This document shows positions 27,744 to 37,583 of a stretch of DNA of 58,212 nt, piece after piece. Location of the stretch: positions 1 through 58,212 of the IMG/VR virus record IMGVR_UViG_3300024433_000001; one strand, given 5' to 3'. The notes under the pieces are model-generated. The model was not told the DNA's origin. It made no database searches and saw only the letters and a list, made by a program, of their open reading frames with translations. The stretch's first letter is position 1. The number at the start of each line of letters is the position of its first letter. Source of the DNA: a virus. Its lineage: Duplodnaviria; Caudoviricetes. Position numbers and translations under genes: made by a program.

Positions 27744-28673
27744 TCAGGATGCGCCACGAAGGTACAGATGACCGATCAACGCAGGTTTCACAACTTTGCG
27801 TCCATACGCAACAAGCGCACGGACTTTCTCGCCGAAATCGTCATTGTCCATGAACCGCTCACTGGCCGTAAGCTGGGCTGCAAACGACAACCCGTCCATC
27901 TGACCAAATACAGCATCCCACACCTTGACCGTATCGGTTCCGGTATGGAGATTGTTGGACCCAAAGATTTTGAACCTGTCGATCATCCCGATTCGGCCAT
28001 TACGGATAGGGCTTGTGCTATCGCCAGTCAAGCTAGTGACTTTGATATCACTGTCCTTGATCATCTGCGTGGCCCAAAGGGGAAGCACCATATAGCGACC
28101 ATCGTCGTCAGCATTTTGTTCGTCAAGCACCAATGCCGCATCCAAAACCACCCTGACGGCGTTTGACGCTGTAAGCTGAAGTGGCGCGGTTGCAGCGCCA
28201 AGATTGATATTCCCAGATTCGATACCAGCCGATGCACCCGTGTTGCTTACATGGGCCTGGGCGTAGGTATACGCGAGAACCTCTTTATCAATCTCGATCT
28301 GCACATTCTTGGTGCCATGGGCCATCCACGGCGGGACAAAATCGAACTGGGCCTGTTTTTGGTCAAGCGCGTTTGCGGGAAACGCCCAATAGAAGCCCTG
28401 ATCAATGTTCATCACCACAGTGCCAGGCTCGTTCTTTGTATAAACGAGCTTTTGGCCTTTGATATATTTTCGGACAGGAATATCCGGCATCGTGGGGATT
28501 GTTAGTTTATCCCCATGATTTTTGAACGTTCCTTCATACTTGGTGTTCGCGATCTCGCCAAACACTGTTTTACTGTAAAGTTCAATGTTGAACTCTGCCG
28601 CAAACAGTTCCGGGATCACGCTCCCTGACAGGACTGGGTGTCCTGCCACTATAGGGTACACAGCTTCTGCCAT
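27744..28673 (-). CDS. Major capsid protein (P22 coat-like)
   Basis: IPELFA...ANTKYEG..KNHGDKLTIP, NGRIGMIDRFKIFGSNNL, VRALVAYGRKVVKP; follows the scaffold gene. Confidence 0.85.
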   Translation of the reverse strand: MAEAVYPIVAGHPVLSGSVIPELFAAEFNIELYSKTVFGEIANTKYEGTFKNHGDKLTIPTMPDIPVRKYIKGQKLVYTKNEPGTVVMNIDQGFYWAFPANALDQKQAQFDFVPPWMAHGTKNVQIEIDKEVLAYTYAQAHVSNTGASAGIESGNINLGAATAPLQLTASNAVRVVLDAALVLDEQNADDDGRYMVLPLWATQMIKDSDIKVTSLTGDSTSPIRNGRIGMIDRFKIFGSNNLHTGTDTVKVWDAVFGQMDGLSFAAQLTASERFMDNDDFGEKVRALVAYGRKVVKPALIGHLYLRGAS

Positions 28674-28745
28674 GGTTCTCTCCTAACGGGCTGCTCCAAA
28701 GATATCGGATATACGGCAGCCTACATCAGGAGAAAACCCCTAGTG

Positions 28746-29855
28746 TCAGGCTACCAACCCTTTCTCTTGGGCTGCCTTGATCCGGTTTCTGATTTCTGTT
28801 GCCCGAGGACCGTTAATGGGGCCGTACACCCCCTTCACGACATCCTGGAGCATGTTTGCCGCTTCAGCGGCGGAGATGGTCGGCTCAGGCGTCCGGGGCA
28901 CATTTGCCGGGGGCCGCGGCATCACCTGAGACGAGACAGATGGGGTTGGCGCGGCAGCTGTAGGGTGAGGTAACGGTTGCGCAACGGGTTGAGTCTCGCG
29001 TTTGAACGTGTTGAAAAGCGTTGCAACAGTATCAACGTTATAATCGGCTTCAGCTTGTTGAAGCATTTCGTTGTGGGTTGCCATCCGCATAACGTCATAC
29101 TGGCCCAACCAATCTTTCCACTCTTCACTTTGATCAATCTCAGACCAATCAGGAACGTGTTGCGACAACTGCTCGAAAAACCGGCGTTTGGCTTGCGCCT
29201 CAAACCGGTCCTCAGCAGGTTTCAACTGTTCCTGCGCGACTTGTTTGGCAACCTCGCGGGCGTCCCGACGAATCATCTGAGATATACTTTCAAACAACTC
29301 TAGCGGAGCAGATTCAATCTGCTCGTTGGTCAGCCCGTACTGGTCGCGTAACGCGTCGTCAGTCAGCAGTTGGTCTTTTGCAATTGTGGTTGGGGCCGAG
29401 GCCGAGGTCGATTGTAACAATCGTTCAACCAAACGTGTCTCAACCGCGGCAAACTGCTCTTCTGCGCGTTTCAACTTTTCTTCTAACTCCTTAACCTTAG
29501 CGGTTTTCCGGGGAAGTTCTTTGTTATACTTCCCCTGAAGCGTATCTAACGCGCTTTTCAACCGTACATTTTGCGCTTCAAAATTATCCTCGTCTCCTAC
29601 TGGTTCTTCAGGCGGCTGGGCCGGTTCTACCCCTTGTTCCGGCGTCGGGCTCGGTTCCGTGGGCGTTGTCTCAGACCCCTGTGCTGGTTCAACAACAGGC
29701 GTCGGACCGCTTTCTGGATGTCCGGTATCCGGTGCCGGTTCGGGGGTAACGTTTCCAGCGTCACCTGTTTCTTGTGCCGTCACAGCTTTCTGGGCGGCCT
29801 CAAACCGTTCCCGTACCTGGGTTGGCACATTGTCCAGTTCAGCTTTTGTTGCCAT
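28746..29855 (-). CDS. Capsid scaffolding protein
   Basis: Acidic Pro-rich N-terminus, coiled coil TLQGKYNKE, VPDWSEID..EWKDWL; GGAG RBS before ATG 29855. Confidence 0.7.
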   Translation of the reverse strand: MATKAELDNVPTQVRERFEAAQKAVTAQETGDAGNVTPEPAPDTGHPESGPTPVVEPAQGSETTPTEPSPTPEQGVEPAQPPEEPVGDEDNFEAQNVRLKSALDTLQGKYNKELPRKTAKVKELEEKLKRAEEQFAAVETRLVERLLQSTSASAPTTIAKDQLLTDDALRDQYGLTNEQIESAPLELFESISQMIRRDAREVAKQVAQEQLKPAEDRFEAQAKRRFFEQLSQHVPDWSEIDQSEEWKDWLGQYDVMRMATHNEMLQQAEADYNVDTVATLFNTFKRETQPVAQPLPHPTAAAPTPSVSSQVMPRPPANVPRTPEPTISAAEAANMLQDVVKGVYGPINGPRATEIRNRIKAAQEKGLVA

Positions 29856-30032
29856 CTGCCTATCTCCTTGTGTGGGCCTTGATTCAAGGTGTCCGTGTTT
29901 TATACGGGCCTTGGGCCAAAGTGTCCATAGTCCGGGTATGCCAACCATTCAGGTCTCCGCAAACTCCTATACGGGCCTCTCGGTTGATATACCCTATACG
30001 AAAAATCCGGCTACAGGCCGGAGTTCGTGTTG

Positions 30033-30599
30033 TTAGGCCAGTTCAATGTAAACAACAAGAAGGTCTGCCGCAAGCTCCGCAAAATCGTTGCTGCCCGGCG
30101 TCCACGAGATTTCTTCTCCGCCACTGGTAAGGTCGGGCATCTCGGAATATAGGCCACGGTCGTCGGCGTTTGTGCCAGCCACATACATCGACAACAGTAC
30201 GCCGCGCGTGTTTGCCGCATACCAGTTGCTCGTGCCATCAAGCGCAACGCCCGGCCTGACAAGGCCCGCAGCTGCAACAGAAACTGCGTCTGCAAACCCG
30301 TCAGGGTCGTTGCTGCCGGCGCCGTCTGTCCCAATATCAATGGTTTTCGTCGCGCCAGTCGCTTCGACAACGCTGATGTTCAGCAGAACGTCCAGAACTA
30401 TTGCCGTACTTGGCAAGTCCCAGCCCATCTTGTTTTCGGAGACGCCGTCCCCGAACGCAATCGGGATTTTTTTGACCTTGATCTCGGCCCCAACGGCGCT
30501 CAAATCAAGCGTGTTGAGTTCTGCGGCGGTCGCGGTCAGGAGCGTCTCGTTGATAGTCAACTCGCCTACACTGAAATTCGGTCTTTCACCTCTAGCCAT
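30033..30599 (-). CDS. Virion protein resembling the decoration protein at 27231
   Basis: LPSTAIVLDV...TIDIG..DPDGF pattern; AGGAG RBS. Confidence 0.55.
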   Translation of the reverse strand: MARGERPNFSVGELTINETLLTATAAELNTLDLSAVGAEIKVKKIPIAFGDGVSENKMGWDLPSTAIVLDVLLNISVVEATGATKTIDIGTDGAGSNDPDGFADAVSVAAAGLVRPGVALDGTSNWYAANTRGVLLSMYVAGTNADDRGLYSEMPDLTSGGEEISWTPGSNDFAELAADLLVVYIELA

Positions 30600-30618
30600 T
30601 TCGGTTACTCCTTACAGT

Positions 30619-30849
30619 TCATTTTCCTAACGTTTCACGTGGAACGTGGCTCGCAGCGTAAGCCAGAAACTCTGATAGCGCTTGGCAATGACCACGAGCC
30701 ACATCGTCCCCTTCGTCTATCACCCGCTGCGTCTCGATGGCTAAAGACAAAGAAGTCCAATCAAGTATCCTTTGGAAAAGTGGGTTGCCCGACAACTGGG
30801 CCATAGCTTCCAACACCTCTTTGCCAGGCGTCTCATACACTTTCATCAT
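30619..30849 (-). CDS. Small hypothetical protein after portal
   Basis: ATGA overlap with the portal stop. Confidence 0.65.
   Translation of the reverse strand: MMKVYETPGKEVLEAMAQLSGNPLFQRILDWTSLSLAIETQRVIDEGDDVARGHCQALSEFLAYAASHVPRETLGK
30632..30645. promoter_or_regulatory. parS-like site GTTTCACGTGGAAC
   Basis: Exact 14-bp parS core inside ACGTTTCACGTGGAACGT; read as VPRET at the end of the small gene. Confidence 0.5.
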
Positions 30850-32909
30850 GCAAACCTCGCGGTAGCTTGTGGACCAGCCAACGCTGGCGCCCCACCACCC
30901 ATATCTGGGCCTGGGGCCGGTTCAGGCATCTGGTTTTGCACGTTCTGCTCGAACCGGGCCTTTAACTCTTGGTCGGAAGGCACAACATCTTCAACAGGAA
31001 GATCAAGCCCTTCCGCAGATTTCCGTAACGCTGCCGCACGTCCTTCGATACCCATGATTTGTTGGTCAATGCTGTTTAACGTGCGCGACAAAAACTCTTG
31101 CAACCGCAACTGGGTCTGCTCATGGACAAGTGTCGCCAACACGCCGCGCGGTACGACAAATGCGTCTCCTTTAATGCTGGTATCGTCAAGATATTTCATG
31201 TTCCACGCGAATATCCGTTCAATGGTGGTTTTCAACACATCCTGGTCCATATGCGCTATTACACGTTTGATACCACGTGCGCCCGCAGACATTAACATGC
31301 TCAGACCGGCTGCTGTTTTCCCCGCCCCGCTTATCTGTTCGTTCCCATGAGCGTACCGCGGGATCAGGGTCCGATCATCAGCCTTTTCTTCAAAATGTTC
31401 TGCGGCAGCAATAAGCTCTCCGGTGTGGATGTCTGGTTGGAAAAATTCTATGGGTTTTCCGGCAGTGCTGGCCCGCCGGCTATGCCACTGCCAAATCTTC
31501 CACGGGAACATACGTCTAGGATGTTCGCCAGCTTCTATGCTATCCAGGTCTTGAACAACCTGCGGCCCCGATCCAATTGCCATATTATCAATCAAATGGC
31601 GGTTTGTAGCCGCTGAGTTCTCTTGACAATCGCGCATCTTCTCGGGGAGCGCTTTGCCGTATAAGCTACCTCGGACTTTTGTATAAGCCGTCGCGCTGTA
31701 AGGGCGCCGTTTCAGCGGATCGGCGTTGTCGATCAGGTAAGCAATATGTTCTCCAATCAAAATAGCCGTGATCTCGTAGAAATCGTTGTCGTCATCGACT
31801 TTTATGTCCCAACCGCTAAGAAAGCTGCCCTGGATGCTGCCCCAGACTTCTACTGCGCGGATTACAGCGGTCTTTGCCGATGATCGGTCAGGCGGTTCAT
31901 GACTTTCCAGCCTGGCGCGCTCTTGAACACCTTTCGGGGCGGTGCCAGGCAGGCCGGGCGTGCGGCCCGCGGCGTGCTCGTTCAGGATCGCGTCCAAAGC
32001 CTCTGTGTTCCACCCTTCTGCGCCACGCATCAGGCTCAGATCGGCTGGGTCAAACTCTACCACCTCACAAATATAACTGTCTTGCGGCGTCCGAGCGCTA
32101 GGCGACGGATAAAAGTCAAATGGCGATATACAGGTCCAGGTAGGGATTGCCTCTACCGACACAACAATCTTGTCCCCATCCCATCTCATATGACGCCGTT
32201 GTCGTATTGTAGGCCCTTTGAGGATAGCCAAGGGGAATGTGCAAAGGTCCTGGATAAACTCGTCTAACGCTTCGTAAAAATCCCCTTCCGCAAGTTGATC
32301 TTCGATCCGTTGTTGCATCCGGTCGACACATTTCTGGGCCTGTTTTTGCGCCTCGATCAAGGTTTTGTCGTAAAGGTCTAATACAAACTGCTGGACATCG
32401 GGCGGTGTAACTGGCTCGGGGGCTGCGGGGGACCCGTCTTGGGCCAAGGTTGAGGGTTGCGCAGTACGGGCCGAGAACTCCGCTACCACACGTTCGACAA
32501 CTTCTCTTTGTGCGTTCTCGGGTAGCGACGGGACGGGTGTTGCATGAAGTTTGAAGAATGTGTCCGGCCCCGGATGGCCCATCACATCTTGCATCCAACT
32601 TTCTGCGGTCGAACATTTGGTGTCAGTGATGTTGAAAAAAGTCTGGCACCGGCCTTGCTCTCTGATTTTGGCTAGTTTGTCAGGGTCGTACTCGCCGTCC
32701 CGTTGTCTACGGCATTTGTAAAGCCGGTCTGTTATCCCCATCTCATCCCTGAAAGATACGGCTTGGTTGAACATGTCAAGAAGATGGTTATACAGACCAG
32801 TGCGCGACTCAGGCTCGGTGAGTTTACGCAACTCGTCATAGGTCTTTTGCTGGTCGCGCTCGATGTCAGCGTTGGTCTTGATTAGCGTTGAAGCCGCACT
32901 AAACGCCAT
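30846..32909 (-). CDS. Portal protein
   Basis: Follows terL; 687 aa; ISPFDFYP, GSLYGKALPEKMRDCQ...DNMAIGSGPQV, KTAAGLSMLM. Confidence 0.85.
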   Translation of the reverse strand: MAFSAASTLIKTNADIERDQQKTYDELRKLTEPESRTGLYNHLLDMFNQAVSFRDEMGITDRLYKCRRQRDGEYDPDKLAKIREQGRCQTFFNITDTKCSTAESWMQDVMGHPGPDTFFKLHATPVPSLPENAQREVVERVVAEFSARTAQPSTLAQDGSPAAPEPVTPPDVQQFVLDLYDKTLIEAQKQAQKCVDRMQQRIEDQLAEGDFYEALDEFIQDLCTFPLAILKGPTIRQRRHMRWDGDKIVVSVEAIPTWTCISPFDFYPSPSARTPQDSYICEVVEFDPADLSLMRGAEGWNTEALDAILNEHAAGRTPGLPGTAPKGVQERARLESHEPPDRSSAKTAVIRAVEVWGSIQGSFLSGWDIKVDDDNDFYEITAILIGEHIAYLIDNADPLKRRPYSATAYTKVRGSLYGKALPEKMRDCQENSAATNRHLIDNMAIGSGPQVVQDLDSIEAGEHPRRMFPWKIWQWHSRRASTAGKPIEFFQPDIHTGELIAAAEHFEEKADDRTLIPRYAHGNEQISGAGKTAAGLSMLMSAGARGIKRVIAHMDQDVLKTTIERIFAWNMKYLDDTSIKGDAFVVPRGVLATLVHEQTQLRLQEFLSRTLNSIDQQIMGIEGRAAALRKSAEGLDLPVEDVVPSDQELKARFEQNVQNQMPEPAPGPDMGGGAPALAGPQATARFA

Positions 32910-32924
32910 CTAACCGTCTCCTCG

Positions 32925-32972
32925 AAACAAAAAAACAGGTTCTATGACCCTAATTATCACGGAACCTGTTTT
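32925..32972 (-). terminator. Putative intrinsic terminator/attenuator between terL and portal
   Basis: AAAACAGGTTC...GAACCTGTTTT stem followed by TTTGTTT on the minus strand. Confidence 0.5.
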
Positions 32973-32985
32973 CTACACTATGTCA

Positions 32986-33014
32986 GTTGTAACAGAAAAT
33001 CGGTTCTTTGTCAA
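32986..33014 (-). promoter_or_regulatory. Putative late promoter upstream of portal
   Basis: TTGACA-17 nt-TACAAC with extended TGn. Confidence 0.55.
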
Positions 33015-33023
33015 ATTAACAGG

Positions 33024-34580
33024 TTATACGGCTGCCGCCCAACCATCTGTCTGCGGCCATGCCGCACCTTCCTGGCGATCCGGTTGGGCGCCCCCAGGGA
33101 ACCCTGTAGACAACCCCAAAAGAGAGTATTGCAAGGCTTCCGCTACATGGCTGTACTCGTTTTTGTCGGGTTCGTCCTTGTACGTGTCGCCCAGAACCGA
33201 TCTGACACGTTTGAATTGGTAGCCGCCGTTGAACCCTTCACGGAGCACAGAGCATCGCGGGTCAAGCTGGTAAGCGGGTTTGCCTCCCACCATCCGCGTC
33301 AACCAGAAGTTCACAGCATCCCGACGCATAACAAGATCCTGGGTCGACGCGCGTTCCGTCAGGATACCCAACCTGTTTAACTCGCCAAGACAGGTCATCT
33401 CGTCTACTTGAGACCGTTGCTGGCCCGATGGGTCGCATCGGCTGATAATCTGCATACCAGAGAACTCTGTCAACAAAGCTGGCCGGACAACATCAGTCAC
33501 AAACTGCTGCAGCCCGCTGTCGGTTGCCACATATTCCCGGATCGTGTTCAACCGGCCCGAGGGCGTTATCTGGCTTATCGTACATGCCGGACTAAGGCCA
33601 AAGTCCCAGCCCAGGTACAATGGCAAACCCTTATAAATCCCTATCGGTTCTTTAGCAACATGAACGCTATCGCGCCAGGTGGCCTCGTACACAGCCCGGC
33701 CTTCGAAAATCGCCCCATATTCGCCTAGCACACGGACGTTGATCCAGTCCTGGTCCTTGCCAGGGATCATCATAAGCCAATACTTGTAGCCCAGCGGCTG
33801 ATTCTGGACGTTTTCGGCCAACGGATTAGCAGAATATGTGCCGTCCGGCTCCCGGATAAGCGCCGCAGGTTGTCCAAAAAACCGCCAGTTGTCGGGTTGC
33901 TCTTGCTCAGCCAGCCTATACCACCAGTGACGAATTGACGGCGGGTTCGTGTCCATGATCACACCGCCCCACGTCGGACCGCCTTTGTTCTTGGCCGGAT
34001 ATCGGTTGACCCTGCCTGTGAGATCGTCCAGGATAGCTTTCGGGACTTCCCGGGCTTCGTTGATCCAGGCGCCGGTCAGCTCGAGACTTTGCAGGTGGCG
34101 GACATCCTTTTCGGTGTCCAGAGCCAGGAATATCACCTCCATATCAATTGTCGTTTTGCCGTCTGCGTGCGGGAACCCGCGCATAGAGGCCGTCAACGGC
34201 GGTGACCATCGAAACGGACACACCCGTTCCGGTATCCATTCTTGCCAGGTTTTGATTGCTGTGGTCCGCAGCTCAGGCGTCGTGTTGCGGATAACCGCCC
34301 AGCGAGTGCGACGCACACCTTGATGGGGCTCTTGCTCGTTTGCCCGCCGGAATATCTCCATCACCATGGCCGCAGACTTGCCAGTGCCAAACGGGCCGCG
34401 CATGCCTCGGACAAACGAGTGATCGGCATGGAACTCTGCCAAAGTCTGGCCGGCGGGGTGGTAGTCGATATATTCGGTCTTTTTGGGCGGGCCGTCAGAA
34501 GACGAGATCTGTCTGACCAGCGAATCAATCAACCGGCTTTTGGCCGTCGTCTTCGAGGACTTCGACACGTGAAGCTCCAT
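33024..34580 (-). CDS. terL: Terminase large subunit
   Basis: RGPFGTGKS Walker A, GAWINEARE Walker B, DTNPP, LGWDFGLSPA nuclease motif, SHVAEALQY. Confidence 0.92.
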   Translation of the reverse strand: MELHVSKSSKTTAKSRLIDSLVRQISSSDGPPKKTEYIDYHPAGQTLAEFHADHSFVRGMRGPFGTGKSAAMVMEIFRRANEQEPHQGVRRTRWAVIRNTTPELRTTAIKTWQEWIPERVCPFRWSPPLTASMRGFPHADGKTTIDMEVIFLALDTEKDVRHLQSLELTGAWINEAREVPKAILDDLTGRVNRYPAKNKGGPTWGGVIMDTNPPSIRHWWYRLAEQEQPDNWRFFGQPAALIREPDGTYSANPLAENVQNQPLGYKYWLMMIPGKDQDWINVRVLGEYGAIFEGRAVYEATWRDSVHVAKEPIGIYKGLPLYLGWDFGLSPACTISQITPSGRLNTIREYVATDSGLQQFVTDVVRPALLTEFSGMQIISRCDPSGQQRSQVDEMTCLGELNRLGILTERASTQDLVMRRDAVNFWLTRMVGGKPAYQLDPRCSVLREGFNGGYQFKRVRSVLGDTYKDEPDKNEYSHVAEALQYSLLGLSTGFPGGAQPDRQEGAAWPQTDGWAAAV

Positions 34581-34998
34581 TGGTTATTTGATCAGGCAGC
34601 GGGGGCGGGGTCAGATCAATCCGAAACACTAGCCCTTGACCAGTATGCTCGAGTGTGGCCTGATCCCGATACTTGTTGGGTTTCAGGGCTTTTAGTAGAA
34701 AAATCAGTAGTATGTCGCTGTACTTGCGGATAACCCCAACTTGCTTTTCTTGGCGGAATACCGGTTCGTCCCACCCTTCGAACGCCCGACGCCGCGCCTC
34801 GCCCTCGAGCAGCTCCGTCGCTGTGTCAACCGCATCTTCCCACGCCTCGGCAAACTCGGGATCGTTTTTCCGCCAGGTTTCGAGCGTCCTGCGGCAGACT
34901 GTACAAGCCTGTACCGCCAAGCTCACGTTGCCGGTCCTGGCGAGGTCCTCGAGAAATACTGCCTTCTGGCGTATCTGAGACCGCGTCCTGGCATCCAT
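34525..34998 (-). CDS. terS: Terminase small subunit
   Basis: FLEDLARTGNVSLA...WRKNDPEFAEAW...LEGEARRRAFEG...RKYSDILLIFLLKALKPNKYRD. Confidence 0.85.
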   Translation of the reverse strand: MDARTRSQIRQKAVFLEDLARTGNVSLAVQACTVCRRTLETWRKNDPEFAEAWEDAVDTATELLEGEARRRAFEGWDEPVFRQEKQVGVIRKYSDILLIFLLKALKPNKYRDQATLEHTGQGLVFRIDLTPPPLPDQITNGASRVEVLEDDGQKPVD

Positions 34999-35004
34999 AC
35001 TGGA

Positions 35005-35034
35005 AGTATAGCATACATTACACGGCTTGGTCTA
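35005..35034 (-). promoter_or_regulatory. Promoter for terS, probably leaderless mRNA
   Basis: TAGACC-18 nt-TATACT with TGn extension; ATG 6 nt after -10; no SD. Confidence 0.55.
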
Positions 35035-35130
35035 TCGGGGCCGTCTTTGGGCCGGCTACAGGTCGCCTACGGGCCGCCTATAAGTGTGCGCCTGCAGGGA
35101 TATGCCCTGCCACGCTCGGAGGCCAACGCC

Positions 35131-35170
35131 ATACCCTCAAAATACCCTCAAAATACCCTCAAAGTACCCC
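35131..35170. repeat. 11-bp direct repeat ATACCCTCAAA x3 plus a partial copy
   Basis: Seen directly. Confidence 0.85.
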
Positions 35171-35523
35171 CGCCATACACCTTCCGTACCACCAAAAGTA
35201 CCATGCCCGTACGTATTTATCTCTTTGAAGCCCCTGTTTTCGGGGCTTTCCCGCCCCAAATGCGTACGCACTTTTCTCTGCAGGATATGCTAGACGCAGG
35301 TGGATCGACCCCGGAGACCCGCCTTGGTATACTAAATCTGAATAATTTAGTTCCAAATTAGTAGATTCGCAAGTTATTTCGCACGGCAAAGGGGAGCCCG
35401 CCCGCCGGCGGCTATGCGTGACGGAGCCTCCGCAAGGGCGCGTCCAACGACGAAGATTGTTGTGTAGAAAGGAGTTAGAAAAAAGGCATTTCTGCGCAGA
35501 AAGACGCATTTCTGCGGAGAAAG

Positions 35524-35751
35524 CTAACGGCGCTGGTATGGGCCGTTGCTTTTGCCGTGCTCATCAACCCATGCAAAGAAATCGGCCTCCGAGATAAGTA
35601 CGCGACCGCCTACGCGCCGAATACAGCGGGAAAAGCCGTTCTCGGCTGCGCAGGAAATCAGCCAGCGCAATCCGCCAATCGAGGGCCACGGGTGATATTG
35701 CGACCACTTCGTGGCCGGGATAAAGCGTGTCTGCCTGTCAGTTTCCATCAT
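35524..35751 (-). CDS. Excisionase-like small DNA-binding protein
   Basis: WPSIGGLRWLI...IRRVGGRVLISEADFFAWV winged-HTH pattern; GGAGG RBS. Confidence 0.65.
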   Translation of the reverse strand: MMETDRQTRFIPATKWSQYHPWPSIGGLRWLISCAAENGFSRCIRRVGGRVLISEADFFAWVDEHGKSNGPYQRR

Positions 35752-35776
35752 GTGCCCTCCGGTTGTGCCTGCTCAT

Positions 35777-35805
35777 AGTATACAGCACAGGACAAACAAT
35801 ATCAA
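35777..35805 (-). promoter_or_regulatory. Sigma70-like promoter for the xis-like gene
   Basis: TTGATA-17 nt-TATACT. Confidence 0.65.
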
Positions 35806-36065
35806 CAAGCCGCTAGTGGCGGTCCTGGGCGGGTCTGATCCGCCGACACGGAAGACAGGCCCGATGAAGCAACACGCGATATTGCGCCCTCATGGCGAAG
35901 ATTTGCGCCTATAAGCGTGATATTGCGCCCTCAATGAATTGATTCCCCCTAGGTGCATGGAAACGAAATGGAAACGAAAAAGCGCCCAACACCCCTGGGG
36001 ATATTGGACAAAGACAGAAAAAAAGAAACAATACGGAAACAATGCGCCCCTAGCCGGCAGAGAAG

Positions 36066-36266
36066 TCACTTCCCCTTCCGCCTGAAAACCTCAGTTATTG
36101 GCCTGGCCTTAGGGACCTTGTTCTTAGGACGACCAGCACGCCGGATATACTCGTCAAATAATGTTCTGAAACGCAAGTATGCCTCAGAGAATCTGTTGTA
36201 CGCCCCAGCATCCGAGGGCGAGCGCCTCGTGCCGGCTAAATCGCGAAGCAATTGTTTGTCAACCAT
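36066..36266 (-). CDS. Small basic hypothetical protein
   Basis: Strong SD GAGGAGG; own promoter TTGCAA-17-TATCAT at 36324-36296. Confidence 0.6.
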   Translation of the reverse strand: MVDKQLLRDLAGTRRSPSDAGAYNRFSEAYLRFRTLFDEYIRRAGRPKNKVPKARPITEVFRRKGK

Positions 36267-36349
36267 CGCACCCTCCTCACCTTTTTCTTGCCGACATGAT
36301 ACTCAATCCTACTGCCGGTTGCAAACTCGGCACACAGGGGATCGAGCAT

Positions 36350-36376
36350 CCTGCCGGACAAAAAATGTCCGGCAGG
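36350..36376. repeat. Perfect 11-bp inverted repeat CCTGCCGGACA-AAAAA-TGTCCGGCAGG
   Basis: Seen directly. Confidence 0.8.
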
Positions 36377-37014
36377 GCCTCTGTGGCCGTCGAGGCCTCG
36401 GTGCTCCCTCAAGGAACTCGGGCGGCGGAGCGTGAGGAAGGGAACTGCAGTACCAGAAGTGGAACTTTAGTGCTGTTTTGGGAACTGCGCAACTGGACGG
36501 GGCACTTTGGCGGTGCAAAAAAGTATTGGCGCAGGCCGGAAAGCCATAAACAGCTGAGAATAAAGCCGTTGCGTTGTTGCAGGTTCCGCGCTCGTGCGAC
36601 AGGTCCGACCGGAACTGCAACAAAACTGCAACAAGCGCCTATCGGATATTGACCGTTACTACCTAACGTTAGGTATTTTTGTGGCACAGCGTTGCGGTAG
36701 GTCGATCCCAGCACCCATACACCATCATCGAAATGTAAGGTATCGGTTACATTTGGAATCCAGTAGCTATTAAGCCGAAAGGCCTCGTAACCATTGGCGC
36801 GGCAAACTGTTAACTATCATCCGAGGACCTCAAACCACTGGCGTCGGTGTAAGGTATAGGTTACATCCAACACTCGATAAAGTGTCCAGCGCGTGGTGGT
36901 ATTTTGGGGTGGTACTCGGTGGAAACTGCAACAGGGAAGAGGGGCGGGAGGACAAGGTGGGCTGCTGGGCTTAGGCCGCGGCCTTGCGTCACGGTGTGGG
37001 TGCCGACACCTGCC

Positions 37015-37048
37015 GCAATCTCCGGCAATCTCCGGCAATCTCCGGCAA
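37015..37048. repeat. 10-bp tandem repeat TCTCCGGCAA x3
   Basis: Seen directly. Confidence 0.85.
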
Positions 37049-37548
37049 ACTAGGACGCCGGCACGCAGAACCGAACCGTAACGCCCCCACCCCGCCGACG
37101 GCCATACGGGCCGTGCCGGCTAAGTCACGGACCGAGCGGCAGGACCCGGCGGTGGGACCGAGCGTTCTAGTAGCCTTCGCCGATCTGCGTCGCAAGCAAT
37201 CGGTAGAGGCCGCCGGTCACGAGCGCGAGCCGAAGGGCGCAACCGACCCTCGCGGCGACAGCCAGGGAAAGAGCGCACAGGTGGAAGGGGTCCACACCGC
37301 CCTGGACGCCGCCGCCCTCGATAAGCATCCGCTTGGCGTGCTAAGTCGCGGACCGAGCGGCACGACGGCCCGGGCGACCGCCGTAGTTAGCCGGCAAGCA
37401 ACATGGCGAGCGCCTCGCGGACCGAGCGGCACGACGGCGACCCAGCGCACAGCATTATCGTAATCGCGCGACGTGATGCGCTGGTCAAGGACGCACGGGC
37501 GCCGGTGCCCTAGGCCAGGAAGGCCAGCACGCCCCCCTGCCGGCTTGC

Positions 37549-37577
37549 TTGACAAGGACGCCGGCCAGGGCTATACT
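37549..37577 (+). promoter_or_regulatory. Near-consensus sigma70 promoter in the gene-poor region
   Basis: TTGACA-17 nt-TATACT. Confidence 0.75.
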
Positions 37578-37583
37578 CCGTCC

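Noticed and set aside
4128-34978. Numerous plus-strand ORFs in the ORF track opposite structural genes
   Set aside because: Antisense shadows of well-supported minus-strand genes, with no motifs or RBS support
3617-34998. Genome-wide stop-codon reassignment suggested by the TAG at 40642
   Set aside because: All long structural genes are intact in the standard code and coding density is high
36817-37555. GC-rich ORFs on both strands in the gene-poor region
   Set aside because: Low-complexity Arg/Pro/Ala translations of repeats, without convincing starts
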